Below are positions 38,047 through 49,332 of a stretch of DNA of 64,000 nt, piece after piece; the first letter of the stretch is position 1; every line of letters begins with the position of its first letter. Where the stretch lies: NCBI GenBank assembly GCA_965218425.1, contig OZ244621.1, positions 2,279,369-2,343,368 of the forward strand, read 5' to 3'. This stretch comes from an uncultured Candidatus Binatia bacterium. GTDB taxonomy: Bacteria; Desulfobacterota; Binatia; UBA9968; CAXXLF01. The notes beneath the pieces were generated by a model. That model was not told the origin of the DNA, searched no databases, and saw only the letters and a list, made by a program, of their open reading frames with translations. Both the position numbers and the translations under genes were made by a program.

Positions 38047-38463
38047 TCAGCCCTGTGAAGGAATGTCAGGCTCAGGCGGCACGAGTGGTTCGAGCAGGGC
38101 GATCAACCTTGGCAGGTCTTCCCGCACCGTTTGCCACACAATATCAAGGTTTATGCTGAAATACGCATGCCGACGATTTCCTCCCACGGAATGGCTGACA
38201 ACTGTCCGCGAGTGGTTTCGATTATCTGTAGTGGGGTCGGGTAGAGGGCCTAAGGTCCAGGGGCACGTTCCGGCTGAGTAGATCCGTGACCGCATGACCG
38301 TGTCGTCCAAAGTGAGCCTTCGCGTCAGCCGCACACGATCTTGCGGGCCTTCCAGCGTTTTCCGGTTCAGCAGCCGTTTCTGATACACCACCTGATTCTG
38401 TTCATCGATCAGTCCCACGACACTGTTGTTAGAGTGCAAGTCGATGACACCGTACAATTGCAT
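38047..38463 (-). mobile_element. IS110-family (DEDD) transposase N-terminal fragment
   Basis: MQLYGVIDLHSNNSVVGLIDEQNQVVYQKRLLN... matches IS110-family transposase N-termini; the rest of the ORF is out of family, so it is truncated or frameshifted. Confidence 0.45.
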
Positions 38464-38640
38464 AAGCTCCCTCCTTGAGTTGTAATGTTGGTTATCAAAC
38501 CAACTTACCGCCTCTTGGTGGAGCCTTCTAAATGATTATCAAATCTTTTGCTGACAAATTAGTGGTCCAGCTTGCAGCTGAAAACCGATGGCCCGTCATT
38601 TAGATTTGATGCCGGCGGTCAAGTAGATAAGGGGTTTTTC

Positions 38641-38925
38641 ACCTTTAGTTAAGGATGTCTTTGAAAATATGCGGGGGAGCTACTCCGGAACCGGAGGTGA
38701 ACCAGAGCATAGGTCCGAACTGTTGGATGGCCAGGTTCCCGCTGAAGTAGAGCCCCGGGATACTTGACTGGAAATGTTCGTCCAGGAGGGGGAATCCTCC
38801 GGATACCTTCAGGTGAATAAGAATAGTTTCATAATCTAGAAAAAAGAGGTTGGATACCGCAGGCCGAAAACCCGTGCCTAGGATGATATGGTCCGCCTCC
38901 AGCGGCTGCGGAGTTAAGGCTCGCC
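38641..38925 (-). pseudogene. C-terminal remnant of an FAD-dependent pyridine-nucleotide oxidoreductase
   Basis: Minus-strand frame ...PQPLEADHIILGTGFRPAVSNLFFLDYETILIHLKVSGGFPLLDEHFQSSIPGLYFSGNLAIQQFGPMLWFTSGSGVAPPHIFKDILN*. Its upstream part overlaps the amidohydrolase 3' end in another frame. Confidence 0.35.
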
Positions 38926-40038
38926 GTAAAAACGCACGGCGTTGTCGTACAGGAATTTTCCCTTCTGTGCCTTCGTGAGGTCGGTTCGGTTCACCAGCTC
39001 CGTCGCCGCGTTCTCCCTTGCCTCGCCGTGCGGAAAGTCTGAAGCGAAAAGCACGTGGTTTTCACCCATGAGCTCGATCTCACCGGGCAAGAGCGGGTCC
39101 TCGGCCTCCGGGGCCACGAACAACTTTCCCGATTTGAGATAGTGTCCGATATCTCTCTGCGGCAGTGTCTTTATCGCCGCGTCTGTCCGGTAGGTTGGAA
39201 GATAGTGGCCAATACGCCCCGCCATGTAAAATAGCCACTCGGCTCCAAATTCCAAGAAGGCTACCTTTAAGTCGGGATACTTGTCGAGCATGCCATGTCC
39301 CACCACCGCCACAAAAGCAAGTACCGCGGGGAGGGACATTCCGATGGCATGGGCATCGAGTCTGCTCTGGCAGAGGCGCTCGAAGGGAGGGAAGCTCATT
39401 CCCATGTGGACGCAGAGCGGAAGCCCGCTATGGGCCAATTCATCCCAGACAGGACCGAAGGTGGAATCAGACAACATGCACTCCCCCGCTGTTCCGTATA
39501 CAACCGCGGCGCTTGCCCCCATTCCCAGCATCTCTTGGAGAGCCTCGCACCCTTGTCGGGAATCACGCAGAGGCAGGAGGCCGGCCCACTTGAGCCGCTT
39601 TGAGAAGTGGGTACACTGGCGTCCGACGTAGCGGTTATAGGCTCGAAACAGGACCGCTTCGAAGGTTGGGTCCGACGTAGCATTGGCATACAGCGTCGTG
39701 GGAAATACAAATTGAACATCAATTCCTGCCCTGTCCAGTTCACGAATTCGAGACTCCGGGTTCGACAGGTCAAGACTTTCTACGACCTGCGGTGATGCGC
39801 CGAACTCCTCAAGGACATCCGTTGGCTTATTGGCGCCTTGAGTAGCCGGCCCAAATGGGTGAGGCTGCATTCGACCATCCATCAGCCACCCTGTGTTCCA
39901 TCTGCCCATACCGTCGTGGTCAGAGACTCTTACGGCACGAGGACGCCGCGCCGCGTACTCGGGAGGCAGGTCTTCCCACATCTTGGGACTCAAAATTACA
40001 TGCGCATCAGCATCGTAAATGCGATAGTCCTGAAACAT
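38914..40038 (-). CDS. amidohydrolase-2 family metal-dependent hydrolase
   Basis: 374 aa; ...MGENHVLFASDFPHGE... and overall TIM-barrel amidohydrolase pattern. Confidence 0.7.
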   Translation of the reverse strand: MFQDYRIYDADAHVILSPKMWEDLPPEYAARRPRAVRVSDHDGMGRWNTGWLMDGRMQPHPFGPATQGANKPTDVLEEFGASPQVVESLDLSNPESRIRELDRAGIDVQFVFPTTLYANATSDPTFEAVLFRAYNRYVGRQCTHFSKRLKWAGLLPLRDSRQGCEALQEMLGMGASAAVVYGTAGECMLSDSTFGPVWDELAHSGLPLCVHMGMSFPPFERLCQSRLDAHAIGMSLPAVLAFVAVVGHGMLDKYPDLKVAFLEFGAEWLFYMAGRIGHYLPTYRTDAAIKTLPQRDIGHYLKSGKLFVAPEAEDPLLPGEIELMGENHVLFASDFPHGEARENAATELVNRTDLTKAQKGKFLYDNAVRFYGEP

Positions 40039-40499
40039 ATTTACCGTCCCCCGTCAGCAAAATGATTTCCCAAACATTCTCTACATGAGTATGAACACTT
40101 GGCGCGCCCCATAAATGTTTCCGGTCAGTCCACGCCCCGTCCCTTTAGCAGAAAAGAGTGTCCGACATCAAGCTACTAGGTCAATTCCCTATATACGCTT
40201 CCTTAGCATTGTGTTTTTGATATCGAAATTATCGGTCTAACAGCCAAATTTGGTTGTGCTGCAATTTTCAGATTTAAAAACAGTCAATTGGCTTGGTCCA
40301 GCGCGGCGTGGAAGAAAGATTGTCAAGATATCCAGGCCCGACCCCTTGACCTTCCACTTCGATAGGCCATAAGGGTCTTTATTGTCCGACCTTGTCGGTT
40401 GGCTCCAAAATAATCCACCTTCAATAAATGGGTGCCGATCTTTAAAAGAGCCCGAGAGGTTCTTTAATTCCTTAGGAGTCGCTGGACTCCCGCGCACCT

Positions 40500-40742
40500 T
40501 TAGTTTGCCCTCTTTTTTTGCCGCTCGATCCGGGGCTTGGGCAATTGGAGCTCTTGGTCGATCCCGTCCAGAATGGAAGGGTCAAGCTTGAATCGTTCCA
40601 GCAGCTCCGGCGTTGATTTCGGTATTTGCGCGGTAAACCCATTTTGCGGGAGTATTAGCAAGAGGGCCAGGAAGCATAAAGAGCCCGTAAGTTTCTTGGA
40701 GTTTTTTACCATGGCCTTTCTCCTTTCGTGGAGCCCACGCAT
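40500..40742 (-). CDS. small secreted hypothetical protein
   Basis: Signal peptide MVKNSKKLTGSLCFLALLLILPQNGFTAQ; 80 aa. Confidence 0.3.
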   Translation of the reverse strand: MRGLHERRKAMVKNSKKLTGSLCFLALLLILPQNGFTAQIPKSTPELLERFKLDPSILDGIDQELQLPKPRIERQKKRAN

Positions 40743-41023
40743 AATAGTTCCACTTGGATTCTGTCGAGGCGCGTCCTCCCAGCGAACCGTATCTCAGTAT
40801 TTTATTGACAATTGACATGCATTCGAAGCTTTACTAGAGGTTACCTGAGGCAGGAACTCTCCAAACATTAGCGAAACTTTCGGTAGGATATGAGGCCAGC
40901 GAGGGCGGGGAGCGGCAAGGACCAATAATTTCCAAAGGTTTATTAGCCGGCCGGGATTGTAGGATTCCCTGATCCGAATTCTGTTAAAGGTTTTTAACGG
41001 GAGGCTCTTGAAGAGTTAAGAAA

Positions 41024-43339
41024 GTGAAAATGAATAACACAAGTTCTGTAACAGGTCAGGCAAGATCGGCAGACATCGCGCGGGCCCTCAAGGTTTCCGA
41101 GCAACGCCTCGATGGCCCGTTAAAGGTGAGTGGACAGGCGCGTTTCACAGCTGACGTATGCCTCCCGGGGATGTTGTGGGCCAAGTTTCTATTGAGCCCT
41201 GTAGCCCACGCGCGCGTCGTTTCTGTTGACGTATCAGCCGCCAAAGCGTTCCCGGATGTGCATGCTGTGCTGACGGGTGCTGATATTGGCCAAAGACGGT
41301 TCGGCCGCCAATATTATGATTGGCCAGTGCTGGCAACCGACCGAGTAAGGTTCATCGGTGATCGAGTGGCCGCAGTGGCGGCCACGAGCCCGGAGGTTGC
41401 TGAGGAAGCAGTGAATCTTATTAAATTCGAGTATGAAGAGCTTCCTTCTGTCTTTGATCCAGAAGCTGCTCTGGGCGATAACACACCCATCCTGCATCCT
41501 GACCGGTCAGAGTACTATTACCGGTCAGGTCAGTTTCCGGCAGTGCCCCACCCGAACCTGCAAGGGCATCGGCTGATACAGAAAGGTGATTTGGACATTG
41601 AGGGGGCTTTTGCCCGGGCTGACCGCGTCTTCGAGGACATCTACACGGCTCCACGTCAGCATCAGGGCTTTATCGAACCGCATACAGCCGTAGTCTGGAT
41701 TGAATCCGATGGAACGGTGCGCGTCGTGTCGACCAATAAATCTCCGTTCCTGTTAAGGCATCAATTGTCAGTGGTCACTGGAGTTGTTCCCGAGCGGATC
41801 ATGGTTGACAGCATGTATATCGGCGGTGACTTTGGTGGCAAGGGGCTCTCAATCGACGAGTTTGCCTGTTATTACCTAGCTCAGGCAACCAGCCTTCCCG
41901 TAAAATCGGTTATGTCATACACGGATGAACTACAAGCCTCGAACCCATTGCACTCCGCCAAATTCTATTTGCGTACAGGAGTAACCAAAGATGGCCACAT
42001 CATTGCGCACCAATCCCGCGTGTTCTTTAATGGCGGCGCCTATGCTGCGGGGAAACCAATTCCAGGCCTAACTCCTCCGTCTGGGTGGGGTGCCCTTGAG
42101 GTTTACAACGTGCCCAACGCCCGAATGGAGACCTTCCTCTGCTACACCAACACGGTCCCGGCTGGGCAAAGGCGGGCTACCGGCGCTGTGTTCTCCGCGC
42201 TGGCAGGCGAGGGGCATGTGGATCATATTGCGCGAGAATTGCAGATGGACCCGCTGAACTTCCGGCTCGCGAATGCGATTCGTGACGGCGACACGGGCCT
42301 CGCAGGGGAAGGTATAAGGAACCCAAGGGTTCTCGCTGTACTGGAAGCGATTCGAGGCAAAACAAAGTGGGGTAGGAAAGCCAAGCGACCAAACCATGGA
42401 CGTGGGATAGCGATACGTCGGAGCCATGTAGGCCAAGGCAAAACGGAGACTGCCTTTCACCTTCGCCCCGTAGGAAAAATTGAAACGGTCTACGGGACGC
42501 CGGATCAAGGTAGCGGTTCCCACACGGTGATCCAGCGAATCGCAGCCGCTGTGCTTTCAGTCAAACCCGAGCGAATTCTGGTAAAATATGAGACGACCGC
42601 AAAGGCACCTTACGATCCAGACGGCGCGGGTTCGAGCCGGGTGACCCATATTGCAGGGCAGAGCGCAATCTCGGGGGCGACAAAACTTAAGGAGAAGTTA
42701 GAGCATCTTGCCTCGGAGGTAATGGGCTGGCCTGCAGGCAAGGTCAGCCTCAAGCAGGACAGGTTTGTGGTCGGTCGTGGATCCTCGAATTGGGCGAGCT
42801 TTGAAGAGGTTACAGACCGCATTTTACTTCAAGGGCCAGTAGAGGTCCTCGGCTCGTATGATAGCAGCAGCCAACAACCGGAAGCTCGCGACTTTAATTT
42901 CTGCGCGTACATGATTGAGGTCCGAATAGATCCAGTCACTGGTCAAGTTCACCCCATCGAGGCGGTCATGGCTGTGGACGTTGGGACCATCATCAACCCA
43001 ATTGCCCACCAGGGTCAACTGGAAGGCAACTTTGTCTTCGGGCTGAGTAGCGCATTGATGGAAGAGTTACTTGTCGAGGATGGGAAAGTTACCAATCTAA
43101 GTCTGGGCGAGTATAAACTTCCGACAACAATGGACATACCTCCGTTACAAACTGTCTTAGTGCCCACTGACATCGGACCCGGCCCCTTCGGGGCTAAATC
43201 AGTGGGTGAGATCGCAAACAGCGCAGTTGTTCCTGCTATTGCCAATGCTGTGTACGACGCGGTCGGGTGCCGTGTCATGACCTTACCCATCACTGCGGAA
43301 AGAGTGTTCAAAGCCCTCAGAAAATCAGACAAGGCGTGA
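41024..43339 (+). CDS. xanthine dehydrogenase / aldehyde oxidase family molybdopterin-binding large subunit (CoxL/XdhA-like)
   Basis: 771 aa; a/b hammerhead and MoCo-binding domains recognisable. No FeS or FAD subunit genes adjacent. Confidence 0.8.
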   Translation: MKMNNTSSVTGQARSADIARALKVSEQRLDGPLKVSGQARFTADVCLPGMLWAKFLLSPVAHARVVSVDVSAAKAFPDVHAVLTGADIGQRRFGRQYYDWPVLATDRVRFIGDRVAAVAATSPEVAEEAVNLIKFEYEELPSVFDPEAALGDNTPILHPDRSEYYYRSGQFPAVPHPNLQGHRLIQKGDLDIEGAFARADRVFEDIYTAPRQHQGFIEPHTAVVWIESDGTVRVVSTNKSPFLLRHQLSVVTGVVPERIMVDSMYIGGDFGGKGLSIDEFACYYLAQATSLPVKSVMSYTDELQASNPLHSAKFYLRTGVTKDGHIIAHQSRVFFNGGAYAAGKPIPGLTPPSGWGALEVYNVPNARMETFLCYTNTVPAGQRRATGAVFSALAGEGHVDHIARELQMDPLNFRLANAIRDGDTGLAGEGIRNPRVLAVLEAIRGKTKWGRKAKRPNHGRGIAIRRSHVGQGKTETAFHLRPVGKIETVYGTPDQGSGSHTVIQRIAAAVLSVKPERILVKYETTAKAPYDPDGAGSSRVTHIAGQSAISGATKLKEKLEHLASEVMGWPAGKVSLKQDRFVVGRGSSNWASFEEVTDRILLQGPVEVLGSYDSSSQQPEARDFNFCAYMIEVRIDPVTGQVHPIEAVMAVDVGTIINPIAHQGQLEGNFVFGLSSALMEELLVEDGKVTNLSLGEYKLPTTMDIPPLQTVLVPTDIGPGPFGAKSVGEIANSAVVPAIANAVYDAVGCRVMTLPITAERVFKALRKSDKA

Positions 43340-43377
43340 ATCGCCTGACCTAGGGAACCCCTGGCGGTTTCTTGTTC

Positions 43378-44168
43378 TTATCGTAATAAATAGGTGGCGG
43401 TAAACTCGGGTTTGCGACGCTCGGTGAAGGCAGCGGACCCTTCATCATAGGCTTTGCTCTGGCGCAGGTGTGCGTAGTACTCACGATGCACTTTGAACCC
43501 TTCTTCCCAGCCCTGGATATCGTACAACAGTTTGTAGATGTACTCTTTGGTATGAGCGGCGATGAGTCTTCCGTTCCGATTGATGGTTGTGCATAGTTTC
43601 ATGCAGTCATCAACCAGCTTGTCGGGTTCACAGATCTTTTGCACCAACCCGAGTCGAAAGGCCGTCTCGGCGTCAACCATTTGGCCGGTGAAGGCAAACC
43701 AGAAGGCCCGGCCCGAGGTGAGGGTTGTCAAGTATGAAGGCCAAGCAGCCAGATGAGACCAACGGACCTCAGAGCAACCGAATTTCGCCTGTGGGACACA
43801 GTATCGAACGTCGCAGTTCAGGGCGAGACTGAAGCCGCCACCGACGGCAAAGCCGTTGATCGCGGCGATAACCGGCTTGTTCATCTCCAGGTCGCGCAGG
43901 TTCGAGTAATTCCGATTTCCAAAGCGTGGTTTTGAAACTCACCTCTTGCCGCGGCCAGGTTTTCTTTCAAGTCCCCACCCGCGCAAAAGGAATCCCCGGA
44001 GCCGGTTAAAATAATGGTCCAGACATCGTCGTCGTCCTTGGCCCTTTGCCACGCCTCGTCCAAAGCCCGGTGAAGGTCACTGCTGATGGAATTCTTTTTC
44101 TCTGGACGATTGAGCTGAATGATTGCCGTATGTGGCTCTCGTTTTTCGTAGATTAGAAGGTCTGCCAT
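43378..44168 (-). pseudogene. enoyl-CoA hydratase/isomerase (crotonase) family gene split by a frameshift
   Basis: ORF 43881..44168 gives the N-terminal part (…LNRPEKKNSISSDLHRALDEAW…ILTGSGDSFCAGGDLKE…). ORF 43378..43884 in another frame gives the remainder (MNKPVIAAINGFAVGGGFSLALNCDV…). Confidence 0.7.
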
Positions 44169-44245
44169 GGCCGCTCCCTTTTTCTGATACAGAAGACCAT
44201 CGGATTAAATGGATGCCTAATCTCAGGATCCAATGGTTCGATCGT

Positions 44246-44752
44246 CTATTCATGAATGTCGATGAACACGCAATCGAGGTCAGACAGGTGGGACTTCCCG
44301 TAGCGACAGGTTGCTAATAGCGCGAGTCTTGCCTCCCTATCCGGACCCAGCCCTACCGGCTTTGCGGCGCTGGACGGGTCGGACTTCTCTAGATTTTCTA
44401 AATCCTTTCTTACGGTATCGATGCTTTCGACTTTGAAACCTACATGGTCCAAACTGGGTTTCTCGATCCCTGTCCCTTTGAAATTCGTGATGTCCCAAGA
44501 ATTAATTACTAGAGTTACCCTCCCATCGGTCAGGTAATAATTAGAATCCTCCAGTGCTTTGTCCTCCTCTTCGAGTTCAAATATCTCCCGATAAAACCGT
44601 GCAATTTCTGGCGGATCTAGGACACGCAATACGAAGTGGTCTATAGGCGTGAATAAGGGGTCAAGTTGACCCCTTTGCCTCCAACGAAAACACCGTTGAA
44701 ACTCCGATTTTTCAAGCCGGAAATCTCCTGAGGATTTCCAGGGCATTCGCAA
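44246..44752 (-). CDS. VOC (glyoxalase/bleomycin-resistance/dioxygenase) family protein
   Basis: …IDHFVLRVLDPPEIARFYREIFELEE…DHVGFKVESIDTVRKDLE… VOC fold pattern. Confidence 0.55.
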   Translation of the reverse strand: MRMPWKSSGDFRLEKSEFQRCFRWRQRGQLDPLFTPIDHFVLRVLDPPEIARFYREIFELEEEDKALEDSNYYLTDGRVTLVINSWDITNFKGTGIEKPSLDHVGFKVESIDTVRKDLENLEKSDPSSAAKPVGLGPDREARLALLATCRYGKSHLSDLDCVFIDIHE

Positions 44753-44953
44753 TGAATTCTGTCCGCTAACAAAAGCCGTTATGTCAGGCGGGCGAGCCCC
44801 GGGTAAGTACCGGGTGAGAAACCGTGCGCAATGCGCGTCGGAGACGGTACGGATAGCCTCAGGAACCGTGGCGGTTCCGGCTGTCCCGGCGAGCGGACGC
44901 GCATCTTCCCGCCTGAGACCTCGATCCCGCCGAGGGGTGGATGCCGGTCAAGG

Positions 44954-45856
44954 TCAGCGGCGTCGAATGCGCGGATCCAGGGCGTCGCGCAGGCCGTCGC
45001 CCATGTAGTTCACGCTCAATACGGTCAGCGAGATTGCAAGACCCGGCCAGATCGCGCGGGCCGGAGTGATGTTGAGGAAAGGCACACCGTCGTAAAGCAA
45101 CCGACCCCAGGTCGGGAAATCGGACGGGAATCCGAGACCGAGAAAACTCAGTGCGCTTTCCGTAATGATCGCTTGCGCGATGCCGAGCGTGGCCGCAACC
45201 ATGATCGGGCTCAACGCATTGGGGAAGACATGCCGCAGGATGACCCGGTGCGGCCGCGCGCCGAGGCCGCGGGCGGCGAGGACAAACTCCCGCTGTTTGA
45301 TCCCGAGCACCTCTCCGCGAACGATACGCGCGGTCTGCATCCAGCTTGTGATGCCGATGACGACTACGATCAGGATGAATATTCCGACCTCCGATCCCAG
45401 GGTGGATCGCAGCGGGTCCCGGAATAACATGATGCTGACGAGCAGCAACGGCAGAACCGGCAACGCCAGGAAGAGATCGGTCAGCCGCATCAGCAAACCG
45501 TCGAGTCTCCGTAAGAAGCCTGCCATGACGCCGATGAAGGCTCCGAGGGTCAATGACAGAACCATTGCGGTGACTCCCACGGCAAGCGAAATCCGCCCGC
45601 CTGCCAGCACCCGGGCGAACATGTCGCGGCCGAGATTGTCCGTGCCCATCGGGTGAGCGAACGACATGCCCTGGTTCTTGGCCTTGTAGTCGAGAAATTG
45701 CGGGTCGATGCCGTGGACGGCGGATCCGAACAGGACCGCCGACGCGATCAGCGAAAATGCCGCGGCGCCGACCAGCGCACCCTTATGTTTCAGGAACTGA
45801 TGCCAGACATATTGCGTTGGCGAGCGGTATCGCTCGGAATGAACCGGTTCAGTCAT
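44954..45856 (-). CDS. ABC transporter permease (DppC/OppC-like)
   Basis: 300 aa, six TM segments, binding-protein-dependent transport signature. Confidence 0.8.
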   Translation of the reverse strand: MTEPVHSERYRSPTQYVWHQFLKHKGALVGAAAFSLIASAVLFGSAVHGIDPQFLDYKAKNQGMSFAHPMGTDNLGRDMFARVLAGGRISLAVGVTAMVLSLTLGAFIGVMAGFLRRLDGLLMRLTDLFLALPVLPLLLVSIMLFRDPLRSTLGSEVGIFILIVVVIGITSWMQTARIVRGEVLGIKQREFVLAARGLGARPHRVILRHVFPNALSPIMVAATLGIAQAIITESALSFLGLGFPSDFPTWGRLLYDGVPFLNITPARAIWPGLAISLTVLSVNYMGDGLRDALDPRIRRR

Positions 45857-46868
45857 ATCGAATCTGCGGGTCCAATACCCCGTACAGGAGGTCCGCCACC
45901 AGATTGAACATCACGATCAGGACCGCGAAGATAAACGTCACGGTTTGCACGGTGGGGATGTCGGCGCCTTCGATTGCGCCGATCAGCAACTGACCGACAC
46001 CGTTAATGCGGAATATCTGTTCGGTGATGATGGCCCCCGCGAAGGTCGACGGGAGTCCGAGTGCGATCACCGTGACGACCGGTATCATGCTGTTGCGTAG
46101 CACGTGGACCAGGATGACGACCGGTTCCGCGAGCCCCTTGGCACGCGCGGTGCGCACGTATTCCTGTTTGAGGTTGTCGAGGACCGCGGAGCGGGTGAAG
46201 CGACTGAGCTGCGCCGCGTTGAACAGCCCGAGCACCATGACCGGCATGATCATCTGCTTGACCTGGTAGACGAAGCCGTCGAGGTCGGTCACCTTGTGGG
46301 TGGTGTCGTAGATCGACGGCAGCCAGCCGAGAATGGCGCTGAAGATCACGATGAGCACCGTTCCCGTGAAGAAGGTCGGAATCGAGAAGCCTACCATGGT
46401 GACGAAAGTGCCGACCTGGTCGAAGACCGAGTACTGCCGGTAGGCGGAGAAGACACCGACCGGCACCGCGATCAGGATGGCGACAAGGTAGGAGATGCCC
46501 ACGACGGTCAGGGTCTGCGGCAGCCGAGTTGCGATCAGGTCCACCACCGGCGAGCGGGTCGACCATGAGCGCACGCGCAGGCGCTCGCCGGAATTACCGA
46601 TCTCGATTCCCCACAGCTGCTCGAGCATATTAAGCGGCTCATTGATCATGAACTGCTCAAGCCACCTGAAATAGCGGATGTGGAACGGCTGTCCGAGCCC
46701 GAGACTCTCCCTGATCATTTTCCGGGTCTCCGGAGGGATCGTCAGCGGAAGTTGAGCGGTGGGGTCATTCGGTGCCAGGTCGAGCAGTGCGAAAATGACG
46801 AAGCTGATCGCCAGCAGCGTTGGGATCGAGAAAAGCAGGCGTCTGGCCGCGTACCTTAACATGGACAT
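45849..46868 (-). CDS. ABC transporter permease (DppB/OppB-like)
   Basis: 339 aa; overlaps the downstream permease start. Confidence 0.8.
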   Translation of the reverse strand: MSMLRYAARRLLFSIPTLLAISFVIFALLDLAPNDPTAQLPLTIPPETRKMIRESLGLGQPFHIRYFRWLEQFMINEPLNMLEQLWGIEIGNSGERLRVRSWSTRSPVVDLIATRLPQTLTVVGISYLVAILIAVPVGVFSAYRQYSVFDQVGTFVTMVGFSIPTFFTGTVLIVIFSAILGWLPSIYDTTHKVTDLDGFVYQVKQMIMPVMVLGLFNAAQLSRFTRSAVLDNLKQEYVRTARAKGLAEPVVILVHVLRNSMIPVVTVIALGLPSTFAGAIITEQIFRINGVGQLLIGAIEGADIPTVQTVTFIFAVLIVMFNLVADLLYGVLDPQIRYD

Positions 46869-46947
46869 GGCTCGTGCGCTTGACGGATCACGGGAAGCGT
46901 GCGGGCTGGGGGTGCCGCGGGCCTTCCAAAATCAGCTCCACGTCACG

Positions 46948-48665
46948 CTACTTCCGGCGGCGCCACTCCTGAATGTTCCATGGTGTTGCGTCCCAGGCGT
47001 TATGCCGGACGCCGTCGAGGGACAGCGCCTTTGCGGCGACATCGCCGCGGTGGATCAGGGGGATCAACGCACCGTAGTCCACCAGCATGTCGTTCATCGA
47101 CCTGGCAATGGCCGCGCGTTTCTCGATCCCCGCCGTTTTGGCAAACAACTCCGCCAGCTTGTCGTATTTCGGGTTGCAATAGCGTGGCACATTGCGGCCG
47201 ATCCATTGCTTTTCGGGACCCGGGATCTCATCGCAGATCCAGTTCTGCGTGTAGGCCTGTGGATCGGTCCCGTCGAAGTTGTCGGTGTACATCTCGATGT
47301 CCGCGTAGAACTTCTGGTAGGTGTCCGGGCTCGACGGATCGCTGCCGAAAAACACCGACGCGTTGATGTTCTTCAACTCGGTCTCGACGCCGATCTCACG
47401 CCACATCTGCTTGATCAGGGCCTGGGTGCCCTGACGGACGGAATTGGTCGAGGTCTGGTAGAGGATCGAAAGCCGGGTCCCATCCTTTGCGCGAATGCCG
47501 TCCGGGCCACGGGTCCAGCCGGCGGCGTCGAGCAGCCTGTTGGCGCCCGCGATGTCCTGGGTCTTGCACCAGTCGTTGGCGGTCGAGGCATAGACCGCCG
47601 GGGCCGGGAGAATGTTGCAGGTCACCCGACCTGCGGGACCGTAACCGGCGTCGACCAGGATCTCCCGGTCGATGGCCATCGACAGCGCACGCCGCACCGC
47701 CGGATCCGAGAGGAAGGGGTGCGGGTTCCCGCCGCCCTGGTAGGTTGCTCTTTTGTCGCCCAGCGCCGGATCGGGATTGCTGAGCTGCACCACCAGGCGC
47801 TCGACCATGGTACCGAAGGCCGATATCACCTCGCCCCTGCCGGTATCAGCCATGGCAGCGAGGATCTCGGGCTCGACCTGGAGATTCCAGGCATAGTCGA
47901 ACTCGCCGGTCTGAAGTACGGCGCGGGCCGCCGAAACCGCATCGCCGCCGCCCTTCAGCAGAACCGAGGAGAAGGCCGGCAGGTCGGGATCGCGGTATCT
48001 GCCGTTCAGTTCGTACCGGACGACGTCGTTGGGCCGGAATTCCTTCACCTTGAAAGGGCCGGTACCGATGGGACCGAAGTTCTGCCTGGTGCACTCCGGC
48101 GCCTTTGCACCCATGCAGTTCTCGAATTGCCGCTTCTGTATGACCGGCGAGACCGAACCGACGAACGGAGCGTAGGGGAACGGCATCGGAACACCGAAAG
48201 ATATCCGTACCGCGTGGTCGGCGACAGCCTCGACGGACTCGACGTCCTGAAACCGGCTGGCCGCGTTGCAGCCGCCTTCGGGATCCATGCAGTAGGCTGC
48301 CGTGAACGCGACGTCCGCCGCGGTAAACGGTGTGCCGTCCGACCACACCACGTCATTCCTGAGCTTCCAGGTGATCGACATAAGATCCGTCGAGACTCCG
48401 CCATTCTCGACGGTTGGAATCTCCGCAGCCAGCGCGGGAACCATGATGCCGTTCTCGTCGTAGCGCGCCAGTGGCTCGAGGATGATCGAAGCCGCGTGGA
48501 TATCCTTGGTTCCCCCCGACAGGAACGGGTTCAGGATCGACGGCGCCTGCCAGTAGAGTATCTTCAACCGGCCGTCGGTCCCTTGCTCGGCGACGGCCGC
48601 GGAAGCGAGCGTCGCGACGGCGAACGCTGTCAGGATGAACGATCGTGGTTTCACATCAAAGGCAC
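46948..48665 (-). CDS. ABC transporter substrate-binding protein, family 5
   Basis: Signal peptide VKPRSFILTAFAVATLASAAVA (GTG start inferred); SBP_bac_5-like. Confidence 0.75.
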
Positions 48666-49332
48666 CAGGGCAAAGGTCACCTATTAGAAGGCGGTAGTCA
48701 AGAGGCAAGACTGATCCGCTGAGAAATAATTCCCTTTGGTTCACCCGCCGGCATTGTGATCGCCGGTAACGCGCGCCTGTTTTCGTTGGTTCGGTGTCGG
48801 ACATGGTCCGCACCACTCACCCATCAGGATCAAGTCTTGGCCTATATACTTGATGTCACAATTACATAGGCGATACGGGTTCTAGTGCTGAACGATCGAT
48901 TTCCCTGTTCGGTCTGAACAGCCCCGGACCAGGCCCATTACCCGCGACTTTGCAAGCGCTTTCAGGGCGACGTGTCCAGCATAAGGCGCAAGCGAGTTTC
49001 GTCATCCCCGTGCATAGCGCATTTTGCTTCTTTCAACAGGAATTGGCAGCCTATATTGTTCGAGGTACCCAGGTCCCTTTCCGCTGCCCGAACTCGCCGT
49101 CGAACGGCCTGTCGCTGCGCTGTGACATTCACAACCCGTTCGACGCCGGCTACGCGACGATAACACTGGCACCTGAAAGCGGGATCATGCTATCATCCTC
49201 ACCATGAGGATTATCGCGCTGGCGGCCCTAGAGGGTCTTTCTCGATGCCGGCCGCCTAGCATCAGGGGAATGATGCGCCCATGTGATGATCGTTTCGATC
49301 GCTGTTGAGAACTGTCCGGCAATGGAGGAGAG

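Noticed and set aside
46759-48687. 642-aa plus-strand ORF
   Set aside because: Antisense to the family-5 SBP gene (minus strand), which has a signal peptide and a coherent domain sequence.
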